The notes below the pieces were generated by a model. It was given only the letters and a program-made list of their open reading frames with translations. It was not told the DNA's origin and ran no database searches. Below are positions 28,946 to 43,900 of a DNA stretch of 64,000 nucleotides, piece by piece. Made by a program: the position numbers and the translations under genes. Source of the stretch: the human T2T-CHM13v2.0 reference genome, Homo sapiens; assembly GCF_009914755.1 (NCBI RefSeq), contig NC_060926.1; one strand, given 5' to 3'. The number at the start of each line of letters is the position of its first letter. Positions within the stretch are counted from its first letter, which is position 1.

Positions 28946-30553
28946 TTTTTAATTTAATAAACTCCTAGAAGTATACACCCAACAAAAGTCAATTTTACTG
29001 CATGTTAATTTGTCCAAAGTTTTAATAGCCTTAATTGATATCCAGGCTGCCACACAGTTTTCTATTTGTTCTTGTGCTACCTCCATTTTAAAGTAAAAGT
29101 ATCCATGACAGGAGAAAGAAATCACACAAGTAAACAGTATATTTATGTCTATTATCTGTGGATATGCTGTATATTTCTGGCAGAATAATGGCATCCAGAA
29201 GCTGAAAGAAGACTGGGCTACAGTGAAGCTCCTACGGACAGAACCAGTCATTTGAATCCCATGTCCTATTGCTTAAGCATTCAAAAGGAGAAAAAGAAAA
29301 TGTATTTTCTGATTCTTTGTAGCTGCATTTGAAGTAAATATGAAATTTCATTTTAGCTTAGAACCTAGAGTTTAAAAATTAAAACAAAATTTAAGCAAAA
29401 CAGTTGTAAAATACTTAGCATGTTTTATATTTGTTATTTAGTCAACTCTCAAATTAGATAGCAGATTAAGATTCATAAATAATTGCTAGTGACAAAAGAA
29501 AAGTGTATTTGTAGAGAAATTAAAATTGTTAAGAAACTGAAACAAAAAGTAAAATGTTTCCACTTTGTAAACCTCACAACATTTGGCACAATATCTGGCA
29601 CATGGTAAGCATCGATCATAATTTCAGAATGGGTCCTCTGATAATAGCTTTAAACAGAAAAGTCCACAGATCAAACCTGCACCTCTATAATGTAGGCTAA
29701 GATTGAACAATTCATACATCCAAATGTGTATGTGTATTTGCCAGTAATATATCTGAAGGCAAGAGATGATGGAAATATGGAAAAACTGAGTTTACTTGGC
29801 CCAATACAGCAGGAAAAAGCACAGGATTGAAGTGAGAGAGGGATTTTGCTGAAATCAAGAGAAGATTGTGGCACAGCTTCCATTGCCTCACTCAGTAGAC
29901 AGTGTTGACTTTCCAAATAAGGTCCATTGGGTGATCTGATAAAGTTAGAACATACATATGTTCAGGTTTTAGATATAGAAAATCTGTAACAAATTAAAAG
30001 TCTGAGATAGTTTATTTTAATACTGAGAGTTTTTAGTCCTTGAAGTATCAGTATTTTGATACATAACTATTTTTGAAAGTCTATAAAATTCCCTGAACAA
30101 CATCCCATTAGATTTACAAGTTGGGAATAACATTTTAAACTAAAACTCATGCTTAAAGGAGGGAAAGAGAGGGAGGAAGGAAGGGGAGGGAGGCAAACTG
30201 AAAAATGAATAATTAAAGGAAGACATGAATAGAAGTTTTCCAAAACTAAATAATCAGGTGACATATCAGTGCTAAATGGTCTTTCTCTTTCTGAAGAACA
30301 GAAATTGCCACTTCAAAGATTATAGATTGCAATATATAGATTTTTAATTCAGTTTTTATGACAAGTATTTCCTCAAATAAAAAATTTTCCACTATTATAA
30401 AGCCTTAGTGATCTTCTGGAATGTAAACTTGGTCAAAGGATAAGAACCAAAATATTTGGAGAATGTTAGAAAGTAACTTTTACTTCAACTATTTTATGTA
30501 TGTCAGTTTAAATTTTTGTATATTTATCTGCCTCTCAATAAATGTATTAGTAA

Positions 30554-30990
<437 letters not shown>

Positions 30991-31199
30991 TTATGATATC
31001 TTTTGTCAACTAACATTGTACAAAATATCACCTTCCTTCTAAAATATGGCTTTAATCAATTTGTCTAATCACAAATATGTATTATACACACGAAGACAGC
31101 CAAGGTAGTAAGCCCTAGAGGTACTTGAAGCTTGTCACAGTGGTGACAAGCAAATACCAATAGTCCAGGCCCAGCAGACTAGGCAGGTAGCTACTTAAG

Positions 31200-31600
31200 G
31201 ACACATCACACCCAAGTTAGAGGCAGAAAACATCTTCTTGAAGGAAGTGAGGGCTCAACATACTCGAATAATGAGACAGACACAGGCTAATGAAGAGGGC
31301 GATGAAATTCCTCTAGATACTGGTGAGAGGCAGAGAGAAGTATCTTTCAGGAACAGGGATAGTAGGAGATAAGGCTAGGGAGGAGGACCAGGCCCCTATC
31401 AGTGTCTTACATGACCAATGTTAGGCCTTAGCAAAAAAAAAAAAAAAAGGACATGTTTTAAGCAAGAAAATGACAGAATCTGAGTTGCATTTTGGGGTGC
31501 TTTTCTTGGTGCTAATATGAAAAATGGTTTGGAGGAAAGTAAGACCAGAGACAGGAAAACCAGCTGGGAAACTGCTGGAGTCATTCAGACCAGCAATCTC
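31200..31600 (-). mobile_element. L2 fragment
   Basis: cttcttgaaggaagtga…tgacagaatctgagttgcatttt…ggagtcattcagac. Confidence 0.55.
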
Positions 31601-32073
31601 CAGACGTATTGGATCACACAACTCTATGAGTAAAAGAAAAAGAATTAACACAACTTATAAATAACATGTGCTGCTGTATTCATGCGTGCTTTTTTTAAAA
31701 ATGAAAATGAAAATAATAAAAGTTTACTTATGAAAACAAAGTCTATAATATGAAATGTCTGTTTCATATTATATAAAATAAACATGTAATATGTGTTATT
31801 AATGGTACATTGTTATTAAAGGTGAATATAAATCTTTATTTCAAATAGTCTGATAACTGCTTTTGGGGGCTCAATTCTTATCAGATCTGATCGTTTCTTA
31901 TAACGTGGCTGACAAAATGTTGATACAAAGGATAACTGTCAACTTTGCTATTTTCTTGTGGTTCACTGGTGCTTGCATTTTCACTGTATTCAATGTACAG
32001 CTTCTTTGCAAATATATTCACCTGTCCATCATGAAGATTAGTTAATAAATAATATAATGTGTAAAACACTTAC

Positions 32074-32097
32074 CTGGTTTACGTAACCTGCATTATA
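32074..32097 (-). other. Candidate 24-nt microexon
   Basis: On -: catctttcag|TATAATGCAGGTTACGTAAACCAG|gtaagt, a consensus donor. Confidence 0.25.
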
Positions 32098-32434
32098 CTG
32101 AAAGATGCTAACTACACAAGGCCAACAAGGCATCTCCTAGTGCAGCTCAAATCGACCTCTCCTCCCACAGCCCAACTCCAACACCACACATGGACTCTCT
32201 GACCCACAAACTGAGTAACATTCTAGTGCCTACCTATGTTTTATTAGTAAAGCATAATTTCTGATTTTAAAATTACATATTAATAGAAGTTCTAGTGCTT
32301 TCTTTCTCATGCCAGTAAGTCATTTTATATGTCTCCTTTCTCTGAAAATTCAACTGATCTAGAAGACAAATGATGATGGCCTCAAGTGGCTAAGGGAAAA
32401 GATGCAGACTTTTCCATATTAATATTTGATTCAT

Positions 32435-32601
32435 AAATTTTTGGAGTAATTTTAAGTTTACAAAAAATTGATCAAAAAGTACAAACATACTCCTTTCATC
32501 TCCTCCCTAGCACACACATACAGTTGTCTCTATTATACACAACTTGTATCAGTGTGGTAATTTTGTTACAACTAATGAACCAATACTGATATATTATTCT
32601 C

Positions 32602-32689
<88 letters not shown>

Positions 32690-33350
32690 TAAAGTTCATA
32701 GTTTACATTAGGGTTCACGCTTTTTTATTGGTTTTGAAAAAAATGTATAATGTGCCCCTTATTACTATATCATACATCATGGTTTTACCGCCCTAAAAAT
32801 CCCATGATCTATCTATTTATTTGTTCCTCCTTCCGCATCTCAAATCCCTAGCAATTCATCTTTTTGCTGTCACCATAGTTTATGTTATATAGTTGGAATA
32901 ATATAGTATGTAGCCTTTTCAGTTAGGCTTCTTTCACTGAGTAATATGCATTTAAGGTTGCTCCATGTCTGTTCATGGCTTGATAGTTCATTTTCTTTTA
33001 TCGTGAATATTTCATTGTATGGGTATACCACAGTTTGTGTATCCATTTACCTATTGAAGGACATCCTGTTTGCTTCCAAGTTTTGGCAATTATGAATAAA
33101 GCTGCCATAAATATCTGTGTGCAGGTTTTCGTGTGGACTTAAGTTTTCAGTTCATTTGGGTAACTACTAAGGAACATGATTGCTGGATCATATAGTAAGA
33201 ACGTGTTTAGTTTTGTAAGAAACTACCAAACTGTCTTCCCAAGTGGCTGTGCCATTCTCATCAGCAATGAATGAGAGTTCCTGTTGCTCTACACTCTCTC
33301 CAGCATTTGGTGTCGTCCATGTCTTACATTTTAGCCATTTTAATAGGTGT
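32435..33350 (-). mobile_element. L1MC/MD 3' end
   Basis: Antisense L1 text: gttggaataatatagtatgtagccttttc, ttccaagttttggcaattatgaataaagctgc, cagcaatgaatgagagttcctgttgctc. Confidence 0.88.
32597..32684. repeat. (CT)~21(AT)16 compound microsatellite
   Basis: Directly visible, inside the L1. Confidence 0.97.
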
Positions 33351-34018
33351 TTACATATTTTCTATATCCAGACAATTTCTTAAATGTTTTTATTGGTTTT
33401 AAATGAAAGGTTTCCTTTGATTCTCTTAGTTACTGTTAGGGGTCTTGTTTACAAAAAATAAAAGGAAGAAAAAGGGAAGGAAAAAAAAAAACTCCAACGT
33501 CACTCCTTTGAAATTTGTGCTGCCATTTCTTCTATAACAGTGACTTCCCAAGGAATATACAGTGACTATCTGTGTACCACAAAACTGAGTTTGATACCTA
33601 GTTCTGCCACGTACAATCTATATAACTTTAAGCATGATTTTTCTTTAATTAATATGATATGAATAATTTTCTACTAACTAAGCCATTCTTGAACTCCTGC
33701 AATAATCTCACTTAGTAACAGCAATTTAATTTTGGATTTTACAACCATACTTAGAGGATGGCTTCTTTTTCATTTTGTGCAATTTCATTGTAAAATATTA
33801 GTAGAAATGTACTCACTATGTAAAATAAACTCAAGCTTCCTGGCTTCTTTTATGCTCTGTAAAACTATAAAGAGTGTGTAATGCCTTCCTTAGATGACTT
33901 AATACGCTTGTTTCTATAAATGACCCCAGAGCCTTTGGAGGGTAGCCCTTTGATAACTTTCTTCATAATTTTCATTCTATTATTGATAGATCCAACAGCT
34001 CTAATTCTTGATTCAATT

Positions 34019-34326
34019 TATTTATTTTTCTTTTCTTTTGAGACAGGGTCCCACTCTGTCACCCAACCTGTGGTACAGTGGCACAATCACAGCTAATTGT
34101 GGCCTCTACCTCTCGAGTTCAAGCCATCCTCCCACCCCAGCCTCCTGAGTAGCAGGGTCTACAAGCATGTGCTGCCACACTCGGCTAATTTTTCTATTTT
34201 TTTGTAGAAACAGAAACAGTGTCTCACTAGTTGCCTAGGCTGGTCTCAAATTCCTGAGCTCAGGTTATCCTCCTGCCTAAGCCTTCCAAAGTGCTGGGAT
34301 TATAGCGTGAGCCACCATGGCCGGCC
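34019..34326 (-). mobile_element. AluJ element
   Basis: Antisense dimer. Confidence 0.92.
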
Positions 34327-34484
34327 TATATTTCTTCTAGAAACTCATCCATTTCATCTGCAATTTCTAAGCCATTACCACAAGTTATATCTAACTCTGG
34401 AAAGCCATTACAACATTATTGTTCTCTTTTTCATTAAATTTTCAAGAAGTCTATTTTGACCTTCCCCTAAAAAATGGCTACATA

Positions 34485-34810
<326 letters not shown>

Positions 34811-35121
34811 TCATTAATTACTACTTATATGTGTATTATTTACATCCTCTCCATATATTTGTTTTGTTGTTTTAGTATCATGAGTTGAATTTCTTATTCA
34901 TGTTCTCATTTTCCACTTTGATAATGTAAATACAGTACAGATACTTATTTGCATCTGAGTATAGCCTATTAATAGTATTAGCATTGTTTTTACTGTTTAT
35001 ACTTGTTTTGATTTCTCCTTTGCATTTAGAATAATTTAATTATTCTCCTATTAGCTTATCCTCTAAGCATTTAGGATAATTTAATTATTATTTCCAAGTG
35101 GTTGAGTTTATTTTTGTTTGA

Positions 35122-35457
<336 letters not shown>

Positions 35458-38400
35458 TAATATCTTTGGGTCCAAGAATGTCTCTGTACAATTCATATTT
35501 GTGTAAATGAACTAGACTTTCCTTCTGACCCAATCTGTAATTAGTTTTACAACCTTCCTTAATAAGCACATTTTACCTCAGTTTGATGCTTTATAGTCTT
35601 TTGACTTGGTAAATAATTTTTAATACTATGTTTTTGCTGGATTATACAATAGCTTAGGGACTTACTGATATATAGAGGCCCTCATGGTAAGGTTTACAAT
35701 TTTTGAGTCTAGTTCTAATAGTTTTTCTGTCTCCTTTTGTTTTCATCATCAGTGCTTACCGTTAGTCCAACACATTTATAGCAGTCTATCTTCCACCATT
35801 CTAAATCACCATTTCTACCATCTGCCTTTGGTTTTGAAACCAAATAGCTACATGTTAGGATTAAATGTTAAATAAAAATTGATAAGGCATGAACAAACAT
35901 CTGTTAGTGTCTTTTAAGAAACATACTTGAATTTTGTGGTACTTCCTTTAGCTAGTCTGACATTATTTCCTTACTTCTTTGTTTTAAAGTTCAGTTTTCC
36001 AAGGAAGAGTGTAAGTTTAACTAGATTTTTTAAGCATTTAAGCCCTTTAAAAAAATACAACACTATTACTTTTTTAAAAACTTTAAAATTTTAAGTAAAT
36101 AACATAAAAGTCCACAGTGTTTTATAATCTTTCATATATTACTGCATTTGAAAGAAACTATCACTAAGTGAAGTTGCTTCAACCAGAAATAGCTGGTATG
36201 TTGCCCCACTCACATATTCTTAAAAAGTAAGAACAATGTTTCTTTTTATAGCCAAACAATGTGGTACTTTCTACAGCATTCACTAAATACTCTCAAAGTA
36301 CGTTGGAAAGCAGCACTAGAGCAACACTTGGAATTCATTAATCACCAGACTGTCATCCTCAAAAAAATGTCAATATATGAAGTAGCTGAAATATTCCCAT
36401 TCTTAACTACAACAGTGTTTTTTTGACTTAGAGGATAAATTGTCATTTAAATTAGGTATGAATAAGATTTATATTTGAATTTTAATTAAAGAAACCAGCA
36501 ATCTGTTCTCGCCCTTCAATAGAAATCACAGTTGAAAGATATGTGCAGTTTATATATTTTAATATTCTGGTAGGTATGCTTGATAGCATCCATAAAAGCC
36601 ATTTTAAAAATGTCCAACTACAAAGGAAATAAATATTCATTATTAAGTACCAAACATAATGAACTCTTATTCCTACATGTAACAAAATGTCCCTAGCCAG
36701 CAAAATCCCTGTTTCTGAGGACATTCTGGGGGTTGCTATTTATCATCCACAAAATCAGGATATTAACACAAAAAATATTTGGGGGTCTAAAATTCTGTAT
36801 GATTCATTGCCTAAGCTAAATGACAAATAGCTCAAAATTACAGAATTGGTCTTTCAAGAACAAATAGCCAACTCTCAGGGTATTAAGGACAATCCAAAGA
36901 CAACAATGACAAGAAGATATTTAACCTCTAAAGAACTGACTTTACAAAAACTATTTTTAAAGTATCTAAATAAGCTGTCGAATTAAAGTGACTATTAGTC
37001 ATTTCCATTAAACAGACTATAAAATAATTTGTTTTGAAACACCTGGAGTCAGCATCTTTTAATAATTTGAGTTGCCCTGATCATGATATATAATTTCTCA
37101 AATACAAGCACTGTACACATTTAAGCTCAAAATTTTATGCAAGATATTCACATGACATTAACATCATATAATAGAACTAGAATTTTATATATAAAGAACC
37201 ACACAATTCTGGTAATTATTTAAACTGTTTAGTAACAATTTTAACAAAAAAGCCCTCTTTTAAATAAATGCCAAAAGAGCTCTTTAAAAAATCATCTATC
37301 TTCTTTTACTTTGAGATGTTTAGAAAATTTTACTTTAGAAAAAATAAAACAAATATCAGATATAATGGCATATGTATGAGGGAAAAAGGATTTAATACAA
37401 AAAAATCATTCACTTCTCTAGATCTCAACCCAAACAGACATCATCTTATAATCATATGATTTTTTCATTACCTATAATTCTAGTAAAAAGAAACATCTTT
37501 TGATTCTAGACTATGGACAATTTTCCTTTCTGGTATTTGGGATATATTTATGAATTTTTTTTTCTAAAAGAAGAGATTTGAAAATTGGATTTGGGGCTGG
37601 AGAGGTATGTTCTAGAAATATAAATCTGTCTCATATACAGATTTTATATTTATCAGAAAATTTATTTTTAAAATTTGTATTGTAAAAATCCAAATTATAT
37701 AAAAATCCAAAAGTAATTATATAAGTATATGCCATATAAAAACTAAATGAATGACATAGCAAAGAAATTTAATATAGATATTAAAATGTTGATTGTTATA
37801 GCAATATAGAAGTATTCATAATTGTCATAAAATTATAGGATCCAAATTTTTAAAACAAAGGAAACACCCTAAAATCAAAAGAGTTGATTCTTTTGGTATG
37901 GTAACATTGAAGTTAATTGTTATACATGTCATGAACATATTTTAGTAATTTATAATTCTCCAAATCACTAAAGCTCAAAATTTTTACTATTGAATTTTAT
38001 TCAAGTTCTCTAAAGGGAATTCAGATATCAGAGATATGGTTCACAGTGGAAGCTTTAAAAAAAACTATCCAAAACAAAAGTTACTTGAAAAGAAGTATAA
38101 GAAAAATAACAAAATATATGAAAGGCATGTTGAAATATATGAAAATAAATACATGAAGCATGCTTCAAGCACTAATTTGTCAAAACATTCTTACTGACTT
38201 TGAACAGAAATTGCTTAACTTCAAGTGACATGTTACTCAACTGAGGAATAAACAAAACCTAGAGTTAGTCAAATAAGCAAATGGTGGCCAAAACTTGCAT
38301 AATAGATATAATCCACTTGAAAGAAAGCCCCAGGAACAACAGAAGAGCATTTCTGATTACAGAAGTATTGAATTAGTGATGCAATTCATTGCATAAAGAA

Positions 38401-39844
38401 CAAGATAAGTGAAATAACAGTCATTGACAACTGGGAGTTCAAAAGAAGAGTCAGTTCTGAATCTGAACAAGTTTAAGACACACCTTAAAACTATTTTGTT
38501 TACATGTTTCTTCTCATGATTTTACAGGATATGATGAAAATAGGAAAAATTAATTTAAAATCTTTCAGTATCATTAAATAGAGAACTAAGCAATAATGCA
38601 TGGTGTTTGGAATTGTTCTAGATTTCAATTGTGATAGTGCCATTATAACTGCATGTGTTTATCAAAACTGGCAGAACTATAGGTAATTTTACCATACGCA
38701 AATTGTGCATTAATTAAAAATTGTAAAGCACTGTATCAGTTTAACTGGCCGTGATTGTCTTTCAGTGAAATGTACATAACAGTGAATCTAAGATTTGATG
38801 TCATCCTAAATTTAATGGAATACCATGTAACTAAAGATTGACTCTAGTTAAAGAGCTAGAATTCCATTATCTGTGACTAGCATTCTATATTGGATTCCAG
38901 TATCTCTCTCAATTTCTGGGCTCTAAGATTACTTATTTTAAAATGGTATTCTGACTTCCAGAAAAGTCAAAGTACATTTTTCAAACCCCTATCTGAAAGA
39001 CATTTAGTGAAAGAATCGACAAGACATAACTGAAAAAATGGAACAGCCAAAAAAGTATATTTAGGTTTCTGTTATCAAGACTAGAAATACATAAAGAACC
39101 TGAGCAACAGTCTACAAAAGTTCACCAAAAAAGAAAAAAAAGTTTTTATATTCTCCAAATTGAACGCTAGAAGCATCTACACTTGGAACTATCAACCTAA
39201 ATTCATAATCCTCTGTGGTAGCATTTTTGCTGAGGTTCAACAGTTCACATAGATTGAGATGTCAAGACCTGTTTCCTTTCATTCAAAAACTAAAATACCT
39301 GCAGCATGGTCTTGATTTCTCCTGAGACTCTTGATTAGATTCCAATTTGTAGTAACCATGACAACCCATTTCAAACTAAGGCTCTGAAAAAAAAAATACT
39401 TTTTTTCTGACATCACAACTAGCTGAAGATATTTTAAGACTTATGCTATTTTCATCAACATCTAGAAACACAAATAAAAGAACAAAATCATTTCAATTTC
39501 TGACACTGTATTATGTACGAAACTAGGTCAGCCAGTCAAGAACACTTGAATGTTGGTTTTACACACAAAATTAAAATCATGATGTATATAGGATTTAAAT
39601 ATCACTATTCTACCACAACATTTTAATTGATTCATTTTACAAAAATGAATTAACTGGCCTACCATGTGTGCTAGGTACATAGTGAAGTAAATAAGGCATG
39701 CATTGTCCCTGTCCTCCTAAGATTTTTATAAACTACTTAGTTCCTGTCTGTTATTTATCAGTTTATATTCTAGAAACATTAAATTTCTAGAAAAAAAGTC
39801 TTCATAAAAAGGTGAGCAAATAGCCTTTTTGTGACACTATAGAG

Positions 39845-40075
39845 GCAACAACAGACTAATGGTTAAGTGAATGTGAATGGTTTCACACTGTTCCTCCCAT
39901 GACCTTCCAAACCTCCTGTAACTCTGGCAAGAGTTCACCCTTCCCTGCCTAGATTTCTCCAGATATAAAACAAGTATCTTAGCACCCCTCTCTGAGTTGT
40001 CATAAAAATAAAATACATGCTAAGCCCTTGGTACAATGCCTAGCATATATTAGAGTACGCATTTGATAATTGTTA
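39845..40075 (+). mobile_element. MIR
   Basis: taatggttaag…ctgtaactctggcaag…aagcccttggtacaatgcctagcata. Confidence 0.6.
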
Positions 40076-41169
40076 GTTGATTCTTGTATTAAAAATTATA
40101 ACCCTGATTTTAGTTTTAAAAAGACTTTGTAAAAAAAAGTCATTGTTTAAATAAGCATTATGCAGTTGCACCCTACTGTATACTAAAATAGAAATAACTT
40201 AGTTTTGTACTTTCCCCGTAAGTATGGCATAACCAAATTCATTTATACAAACTCAAATAAATTAGGTCTTGATTATTCACCTCAAAGATTTTACCATTGA
40301 TTCTTTTAAATAACAACTTTTTTCAGTACATATAAGACCAAAGATTAAATTTCCAAATTTTTTTTTAAAACCACAACTGATTTCTAAACAACTTTTCTAA
40401 AATTAGATTTTAGAAAGTGGCACACACTTCTAATTCTCACAGGCCTATCATCAAATGGATAGATATGTGCAAAAATATTGAATAAATACATCTTCACTAC
40501 ATTCAGTTCCTACTTTAAGTATTTTAAACCACAACAGAACAATATGCTAATGTGAATCTACATTGTCATATGAAATTTTGGTTTAATCAACAAAGATCTC
40601 TTAGTAATGCACTTATTTTAACCACTAGATGAACAACCATGTACCCCTTGAAAGACCTCACAGGGGTAACCAATGGTACAAAATGTATAAAGTCAAACTG
40701 GGCATTCAAGAAGCTTCTCAGGAAAGACTTTTTACCTTGAATCATGGTTGCTTTTTTAGCTAAACAGATAGAAACAGCATTATTTTCATCATGTAACCAG
40801 CTACCATCATCCAAATGGAACATCAGGGGTGTTGGTTATTTCTCCACCTGGCTGCTGAGTTGGTGACCCTTTCAGGCATCAACAAGTAGTAAAAACTCAT
40901 AAGCTAATTATTAAATGAAAGCATCTCCATGTCTCTTAAAATAAGAAATGAACAACAAAGTAGCAAAATAAATACAGGGCTTCCAATTTCAACTCCAATG
41001 TTTACTCTCCAGCATCACAACTGAACTTATTGGGCTGCTGGAACACCACAAGGAATTTACAAGAAAACTGTTTGTAGTCAAGCTGAAAATTTCAGCAAAA
41101 TCTTTTTTATATGATCACATGATTATTTTGAGCTATTTTATGGAAATGCATAAGAGGAAAATGACTGGG

Positions 41170-41330
41170 AAATAAAATTTTAAGATCTTACCAGCATGTG
41201 CTTTACACAGCTCTGCAAAATGGGTTGTAATTTACATTTTATAAGCTAGGGGACAGAGGCTGTGAGAATCAAGTAACTTTCTCAAGGTTACCCAATAAGA
41301 AAACGGCACATCCTTCATTCAGACCCATGT
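41170..41330 (-). mobile_element. MIR
   Basis: cagaggctgtgagaatcaagtaactttctcaaggttac. Confidence 0.6.
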
Positions 41331-42306
41331 CTGTGTAACAAGGTCAGAACAGGCACAAGGAATGCTACTTTTATAAAGTTTTGGAAAAGTAATCTCTAAA
41401 AATCCTTCACACAGTATACACTAAAATAATATATAATTTAAATAGATGAATCAGAGTAGTAAGGTAGCAAGAATGAATTACTTTGTAGAAGCTGCTTCAT
41501 TTCTCATTGTCTCTTTGGTTCCCCTCTACCCTTCCCCATCTGATAAATCGGGACAAAGATAGTAGTATCTCTCACACACAGACATAAGGATAAAATGCTA
41601 TAATATTAATATATTCAACATACCTAACATTAGACCTAGCATCTAATAAGGTCTTAATAAACAATTGATTTTTGTATTATTACTTTTATTCTTATATATA
41701 AAATTAAAGAGTCTTTACTTTCTGCTAGGTGATCAATTAAGCAATCTTCTCTGAGGAAGGCATTGGGTGTGTCTTATCTCTCATCCTGATGGAGTTTGAC
41801 ACATAGATGTTTAATAAATAGTCATTGAATAAATCAACTAAAATTTTCCATATACGTTTATCTCAATGTATGTATACTGACGGAGAGTAAAACAATAAGG
41901 TATTCCTTCTGCTAATCTTTCTTTTTTCCCACAATAATTCATTGATTCAAAAGTTTTCTGAGGACACAGTATCTCCATAGGAAGTCCTACTTGGTTAAAG
42001 AGAAAGAGGGGGAAAAAGACAGAATTTGCCTATATCATATAAAGAAAAACAGGTAGACATGTACATACAAAATACCTCAATTCAGTCTTTCCTCCATTAA
42101 AAGTAAACTATACCTCAACTTTAGAAAAAATGTATAAATTCTTACTATCCTCTAAACCTTCCTCCACCCTCCAAGTTCTCTTAATTACCTGTCATCTAAT
42201 TATATGCAACAAAGGAGGAGCCAAAAAATGACTATATTTGACATAAGTGTCTCAGCATTTTAGTCTCTTTCTCTTATCCATTATTCAATTTGATAAGTTA
42301 ACTTAC

Positions 42307-42398
42307 CGTGTTGACTTCTTGAGCTAATGAGCTAATTTGGAGAAGGGCAGACACTGAAATCACTAGTTTCTACTGTGAGCTGGTGAACTTGATTTGAT
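42307..42398 (-). other. Candidate exon, 92 nt
   Basis: On -: branch-like ttctgac, then ctcactttcctgctatgaag|, with donor ACG|gtaagt. Confidence 0.3.
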
Positions 42399-42439
42399 CT
42401 TCATAGCAGGAAAGTGAGGTCAGAAATGCATACTTTCCA

Positions 42440-42738
42440 GGCCAGACACAGGGGCTCATGCCTGTAATCCCAGCATTCTGGGAGGCCGAGGTGGGCAGAG
42501 CACTTGAGGTCAGGAGTTTGAGACCAGCCTGGCCAATGTGGTGAAACTCATGTCTACTAAAAATACAAAAATTAGCTGGGTGTGGTGGTGCACACCTGGA
42601 ATCCCAGCTCCTTGGGTGGCTAAGGCATGAGAATTCCTTGAACCCAGGAGGCGGAGGTTGCAGTGAGCCGAGGTCATGCTACTGCACTCCAGCCTGGGGG
42701 ACAGAGTGATATCCTATCTCAAAAAAAAAAAAAAAAAA
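42440..42738 (+). mobile_element. AluS element
   Basis: Full dimer; 19-bp TSD cagaaatgcatactttcca at 42421-42439 and 42745-42763. Confidence 0.95.
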
Positions 42739-42779
42739 GATTCACAGAAATGCATACTTTCCAAATGCTTAAGGCAAGA

Positions 42780-42990
42780 GAGCACAGTGATACAGAACAC
42801 AGACTTTGAAATCAGACAGATCTGACATGAAAACCTGACTCCATCTCTTACTTAATCTCAGTTAAGAAAATTGTATAAGCCTAGTTTCCTCCTGTATAAA
42901 AAGGGATAAAACATGAACCCTATGTGGTTGTTGCAGGAGGATGTGAAAGTGCTGCCCCAGTACTTGGTATTAAGAATATCAATAAATCAT
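42780..42990 (+). mobile_element. MIR
   Basis: cagactttgaaatcagacagatctg…agtttcctcctgtataaaaagggataa. Confidence 0.75.
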
Positions 42991-43269
42991 TAGGACTATG
43001 ATCTATTTTTAAACAATTTTCAAACAAAGTATTACCATTATCCTAATTGGTTAAAGATCCATGGGAATTGTTCCTCCCCAAACCATATTATTCATTCTAA
43101 CACAGCCTCAAGCACTCACCCAGATTCCTCTACCTGACACGCACAAGAGAAAGGGAAGGGGTTAGAAAAAACACACAACTATTTGAAAGACTCAAATTCC
43201 TCCACTGTACCCTTCTTCGCAAAAAGTAAAATTTCTTAGACCATCAAAATCCTAATTATGGAAAAAACT

Positions 43270-43900
43270 ATTTTTGAAAACCCAGTAGGGACAAAACAAT
43301 GTGAGCAAGTGCTAATGTAGATAAAAAGAGAAATCTTGCACTAAGAAGTTTATAATTTTGTGTAAAAGCAAGCTTGTACGCAAAAACATAGAAGACAGAA
43401 GGTAATATATACTCTGATAGAGTTAAAGTATCATGAAAGAAAAAGAGAAGAAATGCATTTGGTTTGAGGATCTGTGAAAGCTTCAAGCAGAAGGTGGAAT
43501 TTGGAAGTGGGTCTTGAAAAATGTGTGGATTCCTCTGGGAAGTGAATTGAACCAGTAGAATTCCACACTGAAGAAACAGCAGGCAAAGGCAAGGAGGTGT
43601 GAAACTCCCCAGTCTTCAGAAGCTACAGTGGGCCCTCTAAGTCTGAAAAGAATGTGGGTGAAAGGACAGTGTGAGAGATAAGGCCACAAAGGAAAGTTAG
43701 GACCAGACACCCCGCATTCTCAATGCCTTCTACAGAATCTGGCCTTTACTGTACAGACAGCAAAGACTTTTGGGAAGAGAAGGAAAGCTTGATAGGAATT
43801 GACCGGTAGTTTGGAAATAACCCTGCAGTGTATTAAGTTTTTAAAAGCTGAGGGCAAGAAGAGGTTATCAAAATAGCCCAGGCCTAAATTAGAAATTTTA
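43270..43900 (-). mobile_element. L2 fragment
   Basis: gcagaaggtggaatttggaagtgggtcttgaa…gcaaaggcaaggaggtgtgaaa. Confidence 0.6.

Noticed and set aside
29183-29255. Plus-strand protein-like stretch NNGIQKLKEDWATVKLLRTEPVI*
   Set aside because: Short, no recognised homologue, modest acceptor.
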